Notes: generated by a model not told the origin, from the letters alone. Shown: positions 45,783-55,316, numbered from the stretch's first letter. The stretch is DNA of 64,000 nucleotides from Bacteroidota bacterium (GCA_034440515.1 JAWXCF010000074.1:762-64761); one strand, 5' to 3'. Made by a program: numbers and translations.

Positions 45783-47157
45783 TTATAGCCGTGCATACTT
45801 TAGGATTAAAATAGTAAGAATTCAAATCCTTAAAAGATATGGATTCTGATGACCGCAAAATAAACGGTTTTTCCTTTAGCAAAGTTTCGCAAGATTGGTA
45901 ATCTACATCTGAAACTATATTTGGAGTGAATTTTTTTTCGTTGGTGCTACTTATTAATGCCAACTCCATAGACATAGACCATTCAGTAAGGTCGTTATCT
46001 TTCTGCAATTTAGTTTGCTTTATTATCAAATTTGGGCAAGCATTTTTAGTTGCTTTGTTTATATAACTTAAATATAAACTGTACCTAGGTATAAATGTAT
46101 TCTCTGCAATAGAATTTAACTGGTAACATTTTCCTATCACCAATATTAATGCTAATAAAACCAAAGATTTATTTCCTTGTATAGATTTATTTGCCTCTAT
46201 AAAAGAAATCAACACGATAGGTATAAGCATACAATGAAGACGCTCATAAATAGGCTTTAGCCCCTCAGGTTGGTGAGTTATATATATGATTGAAGTAAAA
46301 AAAATAAACGCACAAATTAAAAGTGCAGCATTTTTAACTTTTCCCTTAAATATTAATATTCCAATTGATAAAATAAAAATTAAAACCAAGTCATAATACG
46401 CTGAAAATAAATACTGTACACTAGACACATAGAACTGTAAGCTAGATATTTTTGCTAATAAACTGGAATTACCATTTCCAACCTGAAAATTCAATTTAGC
46501 TAATTCATAATCAGAAATGAAGAAGTATTTAATTATTAACCAAATAATTGTGGCTAAAGCAAATATTATGATATAGCGATTTCCTTTAAATCCTATTCTC
46601 CTGTAGAGGAATAAAAAAATTAGTACAGTAACCAATGTTGGATAGGCAAATAAAACTGTAGATATACTATAGAAAAGCAAAAAATAGTCTATCAGTTTTG
46701 CTTTTCCGAATTGAATTAAAATGGCGTCAACTAATATAATAAGAGGTATTGCATACCATACCTCATACATCGGCGAAAACCATATCATCGTAATACCCAA
46801 TATGGTACTAAAAGCAATAGCAAGTATGTGAATAACAGAGTGATATCTAACCCAACAAATAGTTAAAACTAAAGTCCACCAAAATAAATAATTAAGTGAA
46901 TGTAATACGATGAGATGCTTCATTGGAAGGTGTAATTGACTACCTAACCACGGTAATAATTGACTAAATGCCAATATGTAACGCTGATGCTCAACCTGTA
47001 GCTGTTGATAGTTTACAACCTTAAACAGATAGTAGCTACTATCTAAATAGATTCTTTGATTGGCATATATATATGCCAATATAATCTGCAAAAGAAATAT
47101 GAAAGAAACTGTAGCTGGTAAGAAGTAGTAAGATTTGCTATTATAACCTAACTCCAT
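45775..47157 (-). CDS. Polytopic integral membrane protein of unknown function (about 10 or more TM helices plus C-terminal soluble domain)
   Basis: Hydrophobic helices throughout residues 10-340 and a hydrophilic C-terminal region of about 110 aa. 8-nt overlap with the reductase gene. Confidence 0.6.
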   Translation of the reverse strand: MELGYNSKSYYFLPATVSFIFLLQIILAYIYANQRIYLDSSYYLFKVVNYQQLQVEHQRYILAFSQLLPWLGSQLHLPMKHLIVLHSLNYLFWWTLVLTICWVRYHSVIHILAIAFSTILGITMIWFSPMYEVWYAIPLIILVDAILIQFGKAKLIDYFLLFYSISTVLFAYPTLVTVLIFLFLYRRIGFKGNRYIIIFALATIIWLIIKYFFISDYELAKLNFQVGNGNSSLLAKISSLQFYVSSVQYLFSAYYDLVLIFILSIGILIFKGKVKNAALLICAFIFFTSIIYITHQPEGLKPIYERLHCMLIPIVLISFIEANKSIQGNKSLVLLALILVIGKCYQLNSIAENTFIPRYSLYLSYINKATKNACPNLIIKQTKLQKDNDLTEWSMSMELALISSTNEKKFTPNIVSDVDYQSCETLLKEKPFILRSSESISFKDLNSYYFNPKVCTAINE

Positions 47158-47201
47158 TCTTAATAATTTAATATTTAGCTTATTGAGTTAAGTTAAAGAT
47201 G

Positions 47202-47272
47202 AGGTCCGGAGCGGATTCGAACCGCTGTACGAGGTTTTGCAGACCGCTGCCTAGCCACTCGGCCACCGGACC
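47202..47272 (-). tRNA. tRNA-Cys (anticodon GCA)
   Basis: Hand-folded cloverleaf. Acceptor GGTCCGG/CCGGACC; anticodon loop CTGCAAA; T arm AGCGG-TTCGAAT-CCGCT. No encoded CCA. One C:U mismatch in the anticodon stem. Confidence 0.85.
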
Positions 47273-47305
47273 ATTTATATCATCAAGGGTGCAAATGTAC
47301 TATGT

Positions 47306-47674
47306 TTAAATCATTTTTTGTAAATTATTAGTCATTTTCACACACGATTGCCTGTTTGCTCCAGTCATATATGGGCTATTTTTACATATCTCAATTTCTA
47401 CTGCAGTCAATATTTCAAAACTTGAACATAAATCTTCATAGATTCTTTTTATCATATACTCTAAAGTTTCATATTCAAATTCATTTACTTGCTTTATGAT
47501 ATCTTTTACTTTAGAATAATCTATAGTTTGAATTACAATATCTTCAATCTCTTCAACTTCTTGGTTGATTGATATTTTAACTGAAACAGACAATTCTATC
47601 CCTATTTTTCTTTCAATCTTATTTAAGCCTACTTTAGACCATACTTTGTGGTCGGTTAGCGATATGATTAACAT
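47306..47674 (-). CDS. folB: Dihydroneopterin aldolase family protein
   Basis: 122 aa with a FolB-like pattern (ERKIGIELSVSV..., TIDYSKV, C-terminal beta strands). Moderate similarity only. Confidence 0.55.
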   Translation of the reverse strand: MLIISLTDHKVWSKVGLNKIERKIGIELSVSVKISINQEVEEIEDIVIQTIDYSKVKDIIKQVNEFEYETLEYMIKRIYEDLCSSFEILTAVEIEICKNSPYMTGANRQSCVKMTNNLQKMI

Positions 47675-47703
47675 TTATTATAGGACGCTAAGGGGTTATG
47701 TGT

Positions 47704-47711
47704 TAATTTTG
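47704..47711 (+). promoter_or_regulatory. Putative -7 box for the gcdH operon
   Basis: TAATTTTG; ATG 22 nt downstream. Confidence 0.45.
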
Positions 47712-47732
47712 AAAGTACAAAGCTATTAAGTT

Positions 47733-48971
47733 ATGCAGAATTCAACAATAAGTAATGAGGTGGATACAGTAAACCAAAACCAACATAAATCTAATTTTAC
47801 AGATAGATATGAGCATCACGACTACTACGACGTAGATGACTTGTTAAGTGAAGAGCAAATATTAATAAGAAATACTGTTCAGGCTTGGGTGAAAAAGAGT
47901 CTTACACCAATAGTTGAAGATTATGCGCAAAGAAGTGAATTCCCTATACATTTGGTAAAGGAAATGGGTGATTTGGGTGTATTTGGTGCAACTGTTCCAG
48001 TTGAATACGGTGGACAAGGACTAGATTACATTTCTTATGGCATTATGATGCAAGAAATAGAACGTGGCGATTCTGGTCTTCGTTCAGCAGCCTCAGTTCA
48101 AGGCTCATTGGTTATGTATCCCATCTATGCATTTGGAAGTGAAGAGCAGAAAAGAAAATTCTTACCAAAACTTGGTAGTGGTGAATGGCTTGGTTGCTTT
48201 GGATTAACTGAGGCTAATCACGGTTCAGATCCGAGTAGTATGCAAACCAATATTAAAGATATGGGTGACCACTTCCTACTGAATGGTAGTAAAATGTGGA
48301 TAAGCAATAGTCCGTACGCTCAGGTAGCTGTAGTTTGGGCTAAAGACGAGCAAGGAATAATAAGAGGGGTAATAGTAGAAAAAGGAATGGAAGGTTTCTC
48401 GGCCCCAGAAATTCACGGAAAATGGTCACTTCGCGCAAGCTCTACGGGCGAATTAGTTTTTGAAGACGTGAAAATTCCTAAAGAAAATATTTTACCTGGT
48501 GTACAAGGTCTAAAAGGACCACTTAGCTGCCTAAACAATGCTAGATATGGAATATCTTGGGGTGTAATTGGTGTTGCACTTGACTGTTACGATACTGCTT
48601 TAAGATATGCTAAGGAAAGAGAGCAATTTGATAAACCAATAGCTTCGTTTCAATTGCAACAAAAGAAATTGGCCGAAATGATTACTGAAATTACTAAGGC
48701 GCAGCTTTTAGCTTGGAGATTAGGTACATTGAAAAATGAAAACAGAGCAACTCCTGCCCAAATATCTATGTGTAAGCGCAATAACGTAGAAATGGCTAAG
48801 AATATAGCGAGCGATGCTAGACAGATATTGGGGGGAATGGGTATTACCGGTGACTACAGCATTATGAGACACATTATGAATATTGAATCTGTTTTAACCT
48901 ATGAAGGTACGCACGATATTCATCTGCTAATAACAGGAATGGACATAACAGGAATCAACGCTTTTAAATAG
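47733..48971 (+). CDS. gcdH: Glutaryl-CoA dehydrogenase (acyl-CoA dehydrogenase family)
   Basis: ACAD architecture with GCFGLTEANHGSDPS and YEGTHDIH motifs. Confidence 0.85.
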   Translation: MQNSTISNEVDTVNQNQHKSNFTDRYEHHDYYDVDDLLSEEQILIRNTVQAWVKKSLTPIVEDYAQRSEFPIHLVKEMGDLGVFGATVPVEYGGQGLDYISYGIMMQEIERGDSGLRSAASVQGSLVMYPIYAFGSEEQKRKFLPKLGSGEWLGCFGLTEANHGSDPSSMQTNIKDMGDHFLLNGSKMWISNSPYAQVAVVWAKDEQGIIRGVIVEKGMEGFSAPEIHGKWSLRASSTGELVFEDVKIPKENILPGVQGLKGPLSCLNNARYGISWGVIGVALDCYDTALRYAKEREQFDKPIASFQLQQKKLAEMITEITKAQLLAWRLGTLKNENRATPAQISMCKRNNVEMAKNIASDARQILGGMGITGDYSIMRHIMNIESVLTYEGTHDIHLLITGMDITGINAFK

Positions 48972-48974
48972 GTA

Positions 48975-50066
48975 ATGAGATTACTTAGGTTACTCATATA
49001 TATTCTTGTATTTGTTAGCAGTTTAACAGGATTTGCTGCTAAACAGACCAGTTTTGTACTTTATGTTAACAGTTCATTTCAAGATGACAGTCTAGGACAT
49101 AACGTAGTCAAAGACTTGACTAATAATTCAATAAACTGGGTAAATTCAAGTAAAATAAAGTTATATAATTCTCCCGAAAAAAAGTTTATAATTAAATCTA
49201 TAATCGGCAATGAAGCAGAATTGAATGTTTCTACTTTGTATAAATGTAACGCTGTAATGCTCGTTGAAGATTGGCAGGCAAAGAAAAAGTATAATTCGAC
49301 TAAATTAAAAGGAATTATCTTTATTAAGTCTGATGCCATTAATCCAAATAATGATGAGCTGTTGGGTTATATAGATTGCAACCAAACTGTGCTACAGCTA
49401 TTATCTGAAACTAGACCTTATGAAAATCTATCTGGGAACTATAATTTTAGCCTACTTGGAGTTTTGAACCTTCATAGATTTAATTATGATATAGTCACGA
49501 AAGATAATTTTGCATTAAAAACTGAAAAAGACAGGGAGAAAGTAAAAAAGAGATATTATTCTGATTTCAACTATGATACTGTAATCAACACTAAGTTAGT
49601 TAGGTATGTCATAAAAACTGGGGTTAATACTGGTTCTGAATTTAGTAGAGATATAATTTTCAGGCTACAAGATTTTTTCATTAGCAATCCTCAAGAGTTT
49701 TATAACATAGGTGGAGATAAAATTATGGAAGTATCTAATTACCCTTCAATTTTAATTTCAGGACTAGTAGTTACTGAAGTATGGCAATGCATTGATGGTA
49801 ATCCAATAGGTTATATTATTAGGGTAAATATTGAGCAAGCAGGGTTGGAATTAAATACTATCAGTACTAACCAGTTTACCGAATGGGGTGTATTCTTCTA
49901 TGATGGAAAAACGATAGAGCAAGTCATAGCTGAAAAAAAGTTTAGATGGGAGCTTAAACAAGTTAATAGTCAGGCGCTTAATATTTACATTAGGGAAAGA
50001 GTTAAAGACCATTTAAACAATTGCAATTGGAAAGCGCTAATAAATACAACTTATACTATAAATTAA
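48975..50066 (+). CDS. Hypothetical exported protein
   Basis: Signal peptide (LVFVSSLTGFAA), 363 aa, no recognisable motif. 3 nt after gcdH and 4 nt before the mutase gene. Confidence 0.55.
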   Translation: MRLLRLLIYILVFVSSLTGFAAKQTSFVLYVNSSFQDDSLGHNVVKDLTNNSINWVNSSKIKLYNSPEKKFIIKSIIGNEAELNVSTLYKCNAVMLVEDWQAKKKYNSTKLKGIIFIKSDAINPNNDELLGYIDCNQTVLQLLSETRPYENLSGNYNFSLLGVLNLHRFNYDIVTKDNFALKTEKDREKVKKRYYSDFNYDTVINTKLVRYVIKTGVNTGSEFSRDIIFRLQDFFISNPQEFYNIGGDKIMEVSNYPSILISGLVVTEVWQCIDGNPIGYIIRVNIEQAGLELNTISTNQFTEWGVFFYDGKTIEQVIAEKKFRWELKQVNSQALNIYIRERVKDHLNNCNWKALINTTYTIN

Positions 50067-50070
50067 TAGA

Positions 50071-51471
50071 ATGTCTAAAATCAAATTTGGAACAGACGGA
50101 TGGCGTGCAATTATAGCAGAAGACTTTACAGTAGAAAACTTAAAGCGAGTAAGTAAAGGCACAGCCGATTGGATGAAAGAGAAATACCCTAATCAAGCTG
50201 TAGTCATTGGTTATGATTGTAGATTTAATGGAAAGTATTTCGCTGATGTTGTAGCAAGTGTATTTGCTCACGAAGGCATCAAAGCTATAGTTAGTTTAAG
50301 CTTTGTATCTACCCCTGTGGTGTCATTAGTTACTAAAAGATTAGAAGCTGGTTGTGGCATCATCATTACAGCATCTCATAATCCACCTGAGTATAGCGGC
50401 TTTAAAATAAAAGGCAATTACGGTGGACCTGCATTACCCCATATGATAGATGAGGTAGAGGCATTGGTTCCAGATGTATATGATGCTAATATTGCCAGTT
50501 TAGGTGACCACATAGAAGCTAAAAGCATTGAATATGTTGATATGGAAAGTATTTATGTGCTTCACGCAGAGGAAAATTTTGATTTAAATGCGATTAAAAA
50601 TAGTCACATCAGAATAGGATATGACGCTATGTATGGTGCTGGACAAAATGTGGTAAAAAGACTTTTGCCTAATGCTTTTATGATGCATTCTGAATTTAAT
50701 CCTTCATTTAGAGGGACTGCACCTGAGCCAATAATGAAGAACCTTCAAGCTCTAAGCAACCATATTGTTGAAAATAAAAATATCGATTTTGCATTTGCTA
50801 CAGATGGTGATGCTGATAGAATTGGTGTATTAAATAGAAAAGGGGAATTTATAGACTCTCACCACATCATTCTAATGCTAGTAAAGTATTTAAAGGAGAT
50901 AAAAGGATTAAGTGGTAAAGTAGTTAATAGCTTTAGTTGTACTTCTAAAATTACAGACCTATGCAATCAACTAAAAATTGAGCAAACTGTTACCAAAATT
51001 GGCTTCAAATACATCTGTGGCCATATGATAGACGAAGATGTACTATTAGGTGGAGAGGAAAGCGGAGGGATAGCCGTAACTAATCACATACCAGAGCGTG
51101 ATGGAGTATGGATTGCGTTAACTCTGCTAGAGTATATGGCGAAGACCAATAAGAAATTAGAAGAATTAATTCAAGAAGTTTATGACGCTGTGGGACAATT
51201 TGCTATGGAGAGATATGATCTTCACGTAGAGGAAAACCTTAAACAAAGAATTATTCAACAAGCAAAAACCACCGGTTTTGAGAAATTTGGAAAATATAAA
51301 GTGAATTCAAGCGACGACACAGACGGTTTTAAATATCATTTAGACAATGGCAGGTGGGTAATGCTACGTGCTAGCGGTACTGAACCCGTGTTGAGGGTGT
51401 ATTCAGAGGCAGAAAATAGTGAAATTGCTTTTGACATTTTGAATGAGGCTAAAGAAGCTCTACTTAACTAA
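50071..51471 (+). CDS. Phosphoglucomutase/phosphomannomutase family protein
   Basis: Active-site loop TASHNPPEYSGFK, metal loop ATDGDADR, GGEESGG. Confidence 0.88.
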   Translation: MSKIKFGTDGWRAIIAEDFTVENLKRVSKGTADWMKEKYPNQAVVIGYDCRFNGKYFADVVASVFAHEGIKAIVSLSFVSTPVVSLVTKRLEAGCGIIITASHNPPEYSGFKIKGNYGGPALPHMIDEVEALVPDVYDANIASLGDHIEAKSIEYVDMESIYVLHAEENFDLNAIKNSHIRIGYDAMYGAGQNVVKRLLPNAFMMHSEFNPSFRGTAPEPIMKNLQALSNHIVENKNIDFAFATDGDADRIGVLNRKGEFIDSHHIILMLVKYLKEIKGLSGKVVNSFSCTSKITDLCNQLKIEQTVTKIGFKYICGHMIDEDVLLGGEESGGIAVTNHIPERDGVWIALTLLEYMAKTNKKLEELIQEVYDAVGQFAMERYDLHVEENLKQRIIQQAKTTGFEKFGKYKVNSSDDTDGFKYHLDNGRWVMLRASGTEPVLRVYSEAENSEIAFDILNEAKEALLN

Positions 51472-52386
51472 ATGAAAATGACTGTTAGGCTATTCATTAT
51501 ACTGCTAATGTGTTGCTTGACTATTAATAAAGCTACAGCTCAACTGGCTGAAGACAGTACTACCCTAAATAGAAAAAGACTAAACCTAGTAGTGGCTACT
51601 AGTGCACTAACATACACTGCTAGTATGGTTGGCTTATATCAAATTTGGTATAAGGGTACTGTTACAGATAGATTTAGATTTTTCAATGATGATGATGAGT
51701 GGCTGCAGATGGACAAAATTGGTCACTCTTTTACCAGTTATTATGAGGGGTATGCTGGGTATAAAATGTTAAAATGGACAGGTTTAAATGACCGTAAATG
51801 TATTATATACGGTGGGCTTTATGGAATGTATTTACAAACTACCCTAGAGATTTTTGATGGTTTTAATGATAATTGGGGCTTCAGTTGGGGCGATATAGGC
51901 ACAAATGCTTTAGGTACGGGCTTATTTATAGGCCAACAACTAGCATTCGATAAGCAAATAGTAAAACCAAAATTTAGCTATCACAGCACCTATTATGCAA
52001 AGTTAAATCCTAATTTACTAGGTGACAATGCCTTAGTTTCTTCTCTTAAAGATTATAACGGACAAACTTATTGGATTAGTTACAGTCCAACAGATATAAT
52101 TGGTACAAAAACATATTGGCCAGAATGGCTAGATATTAGCCTAGGTACTGGTGCAAATGGTTTACTAAGGGGTAGTCCTAGTGACCAATATAGTGACCCT
52201 AACTTTAATAGTTACCCCAGGTACAGGCAATATTATTTTAGTTTAGATATAGATACCAGAAAACTAAAAATTAAGAATAAAACGTTGAGGTCAATATTAT
52301 ATGCTGTTTCTTTCATAAAAGTACCTGCTCCTACTATAGAATATAATCGAGGTATTGGCTTCAAATTTTATTATTTGTATTTTTGA
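51472..52386 (+). CDS. DUF2279 (YfiM-like) domain-containing exported protein
   Basis: Signal peptide; DKIGH and WGFSWGD motifs recalled for the family. Confidence 0.65.
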   Translation: MKMTVRLFIILLMCCLTINKATAQLAEDSTTLNRKRLNLVVATSALTYTASMVGLYQIWYKGTVTDRFRFFNDDDEWLQMDKIGHSFTSYYEGYAGYKMLKWTGLNDRKCIIYGGLYGMYLQTTLEIFDGFNDNWGFSWGDIGTNALGTGLFIGQQLAFDKQIVKPKFSYHSTYYAKLNPNLLGDNALVSSLKDYNGQTYWISYSPTDIIGTKTYWPEWLDISLGTGANGLLRGSPSDQYSDPNFNSYPRYRQYYFSLDIDTRKLKIKNKTLRSILYAVSFIKVPAPTIEYNRGIGFKFYYLYF

Positions 52387-52389
52387 GGC

Positions 52390-52593
52390 GTGAAAGGTAT
52401 TCTTAATTATAAGATTGCATTTGGATTAGCATTTATAGTAATTGCTAGTTTATCATTTAGCAGCTGCACTCAAAAAAGGTGCCCTGCGAATGGAGGTGGA
52501 TTTGTAGATGCGCCGAGAAAAGTAAATAAATTCAGCCACAGAAAGCCGAAATCTGGCCTGTGGGACAAAAGTATGAGTAAAAAAAGACACTAA
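52390..52593 (+). CDS. Small basic lipoprotein (67 aa)
   Basis: GTG start, lipobox FSSC followed by the C-x4-C-P motif (CTQKRCP), Lys/Arg-rich tail. 4-nt convergent overlap with smpB. Confidence 0.45.
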   Translation: MKGILNYKIAFGLAFIVIASLSFSSCTQKRCPANGGGFVDAPRKVNKFSHRKPKSGLWDKSMSKKRH

Positions 52594-53036
52594 TCTGAAT
52601 GTCGCCTATCTAGGTCACGCTTAGAGTCTTTCTCTTTTATACTATCTCGTTTATCAAATAGTTTTTTACCCTTTGCTATTCCTATTTCTACTTTAGCGAA
52701 TCCTCTATCATTTATGAATAATTTAAGTGGTATTATGGTCAGACCTTTTTCTTTTACTTTAGCGCCTATTTTCTTTATTTCCTTTTTATGAAGCAGGAGT
52801 GTTCTTTGGCGTTTAGGTTCGTGGTTGAAATAACTTCCAAATTCATATTCATTTATATGCATATTTCTAAGTACAATTTCAGTCCCCTGAAATGCACAAA
52901 ATGCATCACTCATTTGTATTTTCCCCAATCTGATAGATTTTATTTCTGTACCTGTCAGTACTATACCTGCTGTATAGGTATCTAATATCTCAAATTCAAA
53001 ATATGCTTTTTTATTTACTACGTTAGTGTTTGCCAC
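52590..53036 (-). CDS. smpB: SsrA-binding protein SmpB
   Basis: NKKAYFEF...GIVLTGTEIKS... and LLLHKKEI motifs; GTG start. Confidence 0.95.
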   Translation of the reverse strand: MANTNVVNKKAYFEFEILDTYTAGIVLTGTEIKSIRLGKIQMSDAFCAFQGTEIVLRNMHINEYEFGSYFNHEPKRQRTLLLHKKEIKKIGAKVKEKGLTIIPLKLFINDRGFAKVEIGIAKGKKLFDKRDSIKEKDSKRDLDRRHSD

Positions 53037-53050
53037 TATATGCCCCTCCC

Positions 53051-53434
53051 CTATTTGTATGAATCAAATAAATTTTTAATCTTTTCTTTTTTTAAAATTT
53101 TCTGTCCTGTTTTGCCCGTTGCAATAATTCTATTTTTCACTGCAGCAATAATGTTACACTCTACTGATTTTCCATCTAGCTTTGTTAATTCTGCTGTAAT
53201 GCAAACTTCATCATCAATAAAAGCAGGCGAATGGTGGGTAATGTTCACAAAGCTGCCTATACCTTCTTCATCTTCTGCCTTAAGTTCTAATACAAATAGC
53301 CTTCCTGTCCATTCTGCATCACGAGTTAAAGCGTATGTAGAGTAAACTTCGTGAACTATTTTTCCATTAAACGCGGCAAAATCAGCTTTTGTTACTACTA
53401 TTTTATATTTCCTTGTATCACCGATGCTAATCAT
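53051..53434 (-). CDS. Hotdog-fold thioesterase family protein
   Basis: 127 aa with a FlK-like/thioesterase pattern (VHEVYSTYALTRDAEW). 8-nt overlap with the mntH stop region. Confidence 0.65.
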   Translation of the reverse strand: MISIGDTRKYKIVVTKADFAAFNGKIVHEVYSTYALTRDAEWTGRLFVLELKAEDEEGIGSFVNITHHSPAFIDDEVCITAELTKLDGKSVECNIIAAVKNRIIATGKTGQKILKKEKIKNLFDSYK

Positions 53435-55316
53435 TTGACATTGGCACAGCGAGCAAAGGTATACTAATATTATGTCTAACAGGGTCTATTGTCTCCCCTC
53501 TAATTAAATCCATTAACACATTGTGCCCGTGACTTGCCATTATTAAAATATCAATTTTATTTTCTACTACTAAATTAGAAATTGATTGCACGCGCCTGCC
53601 ATAGCCCAACTGATACTCACAATTGTAGCCTTTAGACCTTATTAGGTTAGCATATTTTGTCATTAATATCTTATCGGTTACTGTTTCGCTATCTCCTGTT
53701 TCCATATTTACAAGCACAGCACCTGGCGTTTCAACTATATGTAGCAAGATGATTATAGAATCTAGATTAGACAGTTGAATTGCATAATTCAATGCTGCCT
53801 CATCGTACTTGCTAAAATCTACAGTTACACCAATTCGTTTTAATGGTTTTGCTTTTAATACTAACCTTTCTATGGCATCAGCGTGCATAGTATTGCTTCT
53901 GTATCTCATCTTAAATTTTGGTCTAACTAATATATACCCTAACAAGAATGTTAGCCCAATTACAATTAAATAAGCTAAATAGAGTACCCAAGCATAATTT
54001 GGGTTTACTGTAGTCCAATCTTTTAATAATTGAAGTTGATTTTCTATGAGAATAATATTGAAACCAATAATAACAAAAGCAACAATCCAACTTAGTATCT
54101 GTAATGGCATTTTGATGGCGAATTTGCCCATTTTGCTTTTATCAGAAACAAAGTGGAGCAATGGAATAATGGCAAAACCCAATTGAAAACTAAGTATTAC
54201 CTGACTTAGAATTAACATTTCGCCAGTTTTCTCTTCTCCCAATAAATATATAACTAAAACAGCTGGTATTATGGCGAGCAACCTGGTCATCAATCTTCTA
54301 ATCCATATTGGAACTCGCAACTTTAAGTAACCTTCCATTACTATTTGTCCAGCTAATGTTCCAGTAATAGTACTACTTTGTCCAGAAGCTATTAATGCTA
54401 TTGCAAATAATTTTGGCGCCCAATCACCTAAAAAGGGTTTTAATAATTCGTGAGCTTGCTCTATAGTTTCAACATCAGATCTACCTGCATAGTAAAATAC
54501 ACTTCCTGCAAGAACTAATATTGAAGCGTTTACGAAAAAAGCCAGATTCAAAGCAATAGCGCTATCTATGTTATTCAACTTAATTGCCCGTCTAATACCC
54601 TTATCACTTCTATCTATTTTTCTAGTCTGTACTAATGATGAGTGTAAGTACAGATTATGAGGCATTACTGTTGCCCCGATTATTCCTATTAGTATATATA
54701 GGGCATCATCATCTGGTATTTGTGGTTGTAGGCCTTTTATCAATTCAGCACCATCTGGTACCGTTGCTATTATCTGAACTAGAAAACACAATCCTATTAT
54801 GGAAATCATACTTACTATGAAGGTCTCCATTCTGCGCATTCCAAGTTTTTGTAGATATAATAGAATAAATGTATCTACAACTGTAATGGCAACACCAATT
54901 AAAATTGGGATGTTGAATAATAGTTTCAAACCTATGGCCATACCTATTACTTCAGCTAAATCACAAGCGGCAATTGCTATTTCAGCTAAAATGTAAAGGA
55001 AGAAATTTATTATTTTCGGAAAAGTATCTCGACTTGCTTGTGCTAAATCTTTCTGGTAAACTACTCCAAGTCTGGCTGACATACTTTGTAGCAAAAATGC
55101 CATTATGTTGCTCATTACCAATACCCAAAGTAGTGAGTATCCATACTTACTACCTCCAGCTATGTCAGTTGCCCAATTGCCTGGGTCCATATATCCGACA
55201 CTGACCAAGTAAGCAGGCCCAAAAAATCTAAGTATGTTTTTCCATTTACTTACTTTAGGATTGTTTGTGTCAACACTTTGGTTTACCTCTGCTAAGCTTT
55301 TATACTCGGTGGACAT
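53427..55316 (-). CDS. mntH: Nramp family divalent metal (Mn2+/Fe2+) transporter fused to a C-terminal universal stress protein domain
   Basis: GYMDPGNWATDIAGG Nramp signature, about 11-12 TM helices, then about 150 aa of USP-like alpha/beta domain (IGVTVDFS...LLHIVE...IMASHGH...). Confidence 0.88.
   Translation of the reverse strand: MSTEYKSLAEVNQSVDTNNPKVSKWKNILRFFGPAYLVSVGYMDPGNWATDIAGGSKYGYSLLWVLVMSNIMAFLLQSMSARLGVVYQKDLAQASRDTFPKIINFFLYILAEIAIAACDLAEVIGMAIGLKLLFNIPILIGVAITVVDTFILLYLQKLGMRRMETFIVSMISIIGLCFLVQIIATVPDGAELIKGLQPQIPDDDALYILIGIIGATVMPHNLYLHSSLVQTRKIDRSDKGIRRAIKLNNIDSAIALNLAFFVNASILVLAGSVFYYAGRSDVETIEQAHELLKPFLGDWAPKLFAIALIASGQSSTITGTLAGQIVMEGYLKLRVPIWIRRLMTRLLAIIPAVLVIYLLGEEKTGEMLILSQVILSFQLGFAIIPLLHFVSDKSKMGKFAIKMPLQILSWIVAFVIIGFNIILIENQLQLLKDWTTVNPNYAWVLYLAYLIVIGLTFLLGYILVRPKFKMRYRSNTMHADAIERLVLKAKPLKRIGVTVDFSKYDEAALNYAIQLSNLDSIIILLHIVETPGAVLVNMETGDSETVTDKILMTKYANLIRSKGYNCEYQLGYGRRVQSISNLVVENKIDILIMASHGHNVLMDLIRGETIDPVRHNISIPLLAVPMSND

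Noticed and set aside
47158-47305. tRNA-Cys as a possible integration site, which would make the adjacent five-gene operon a genomic island.
   Set aside because: There is no integrase, excisionase or transposase in the window. I did not notice a direct repeat of the tRNA 3' end, though my search was not exhaustive. Base composition looks like the rest of the window.
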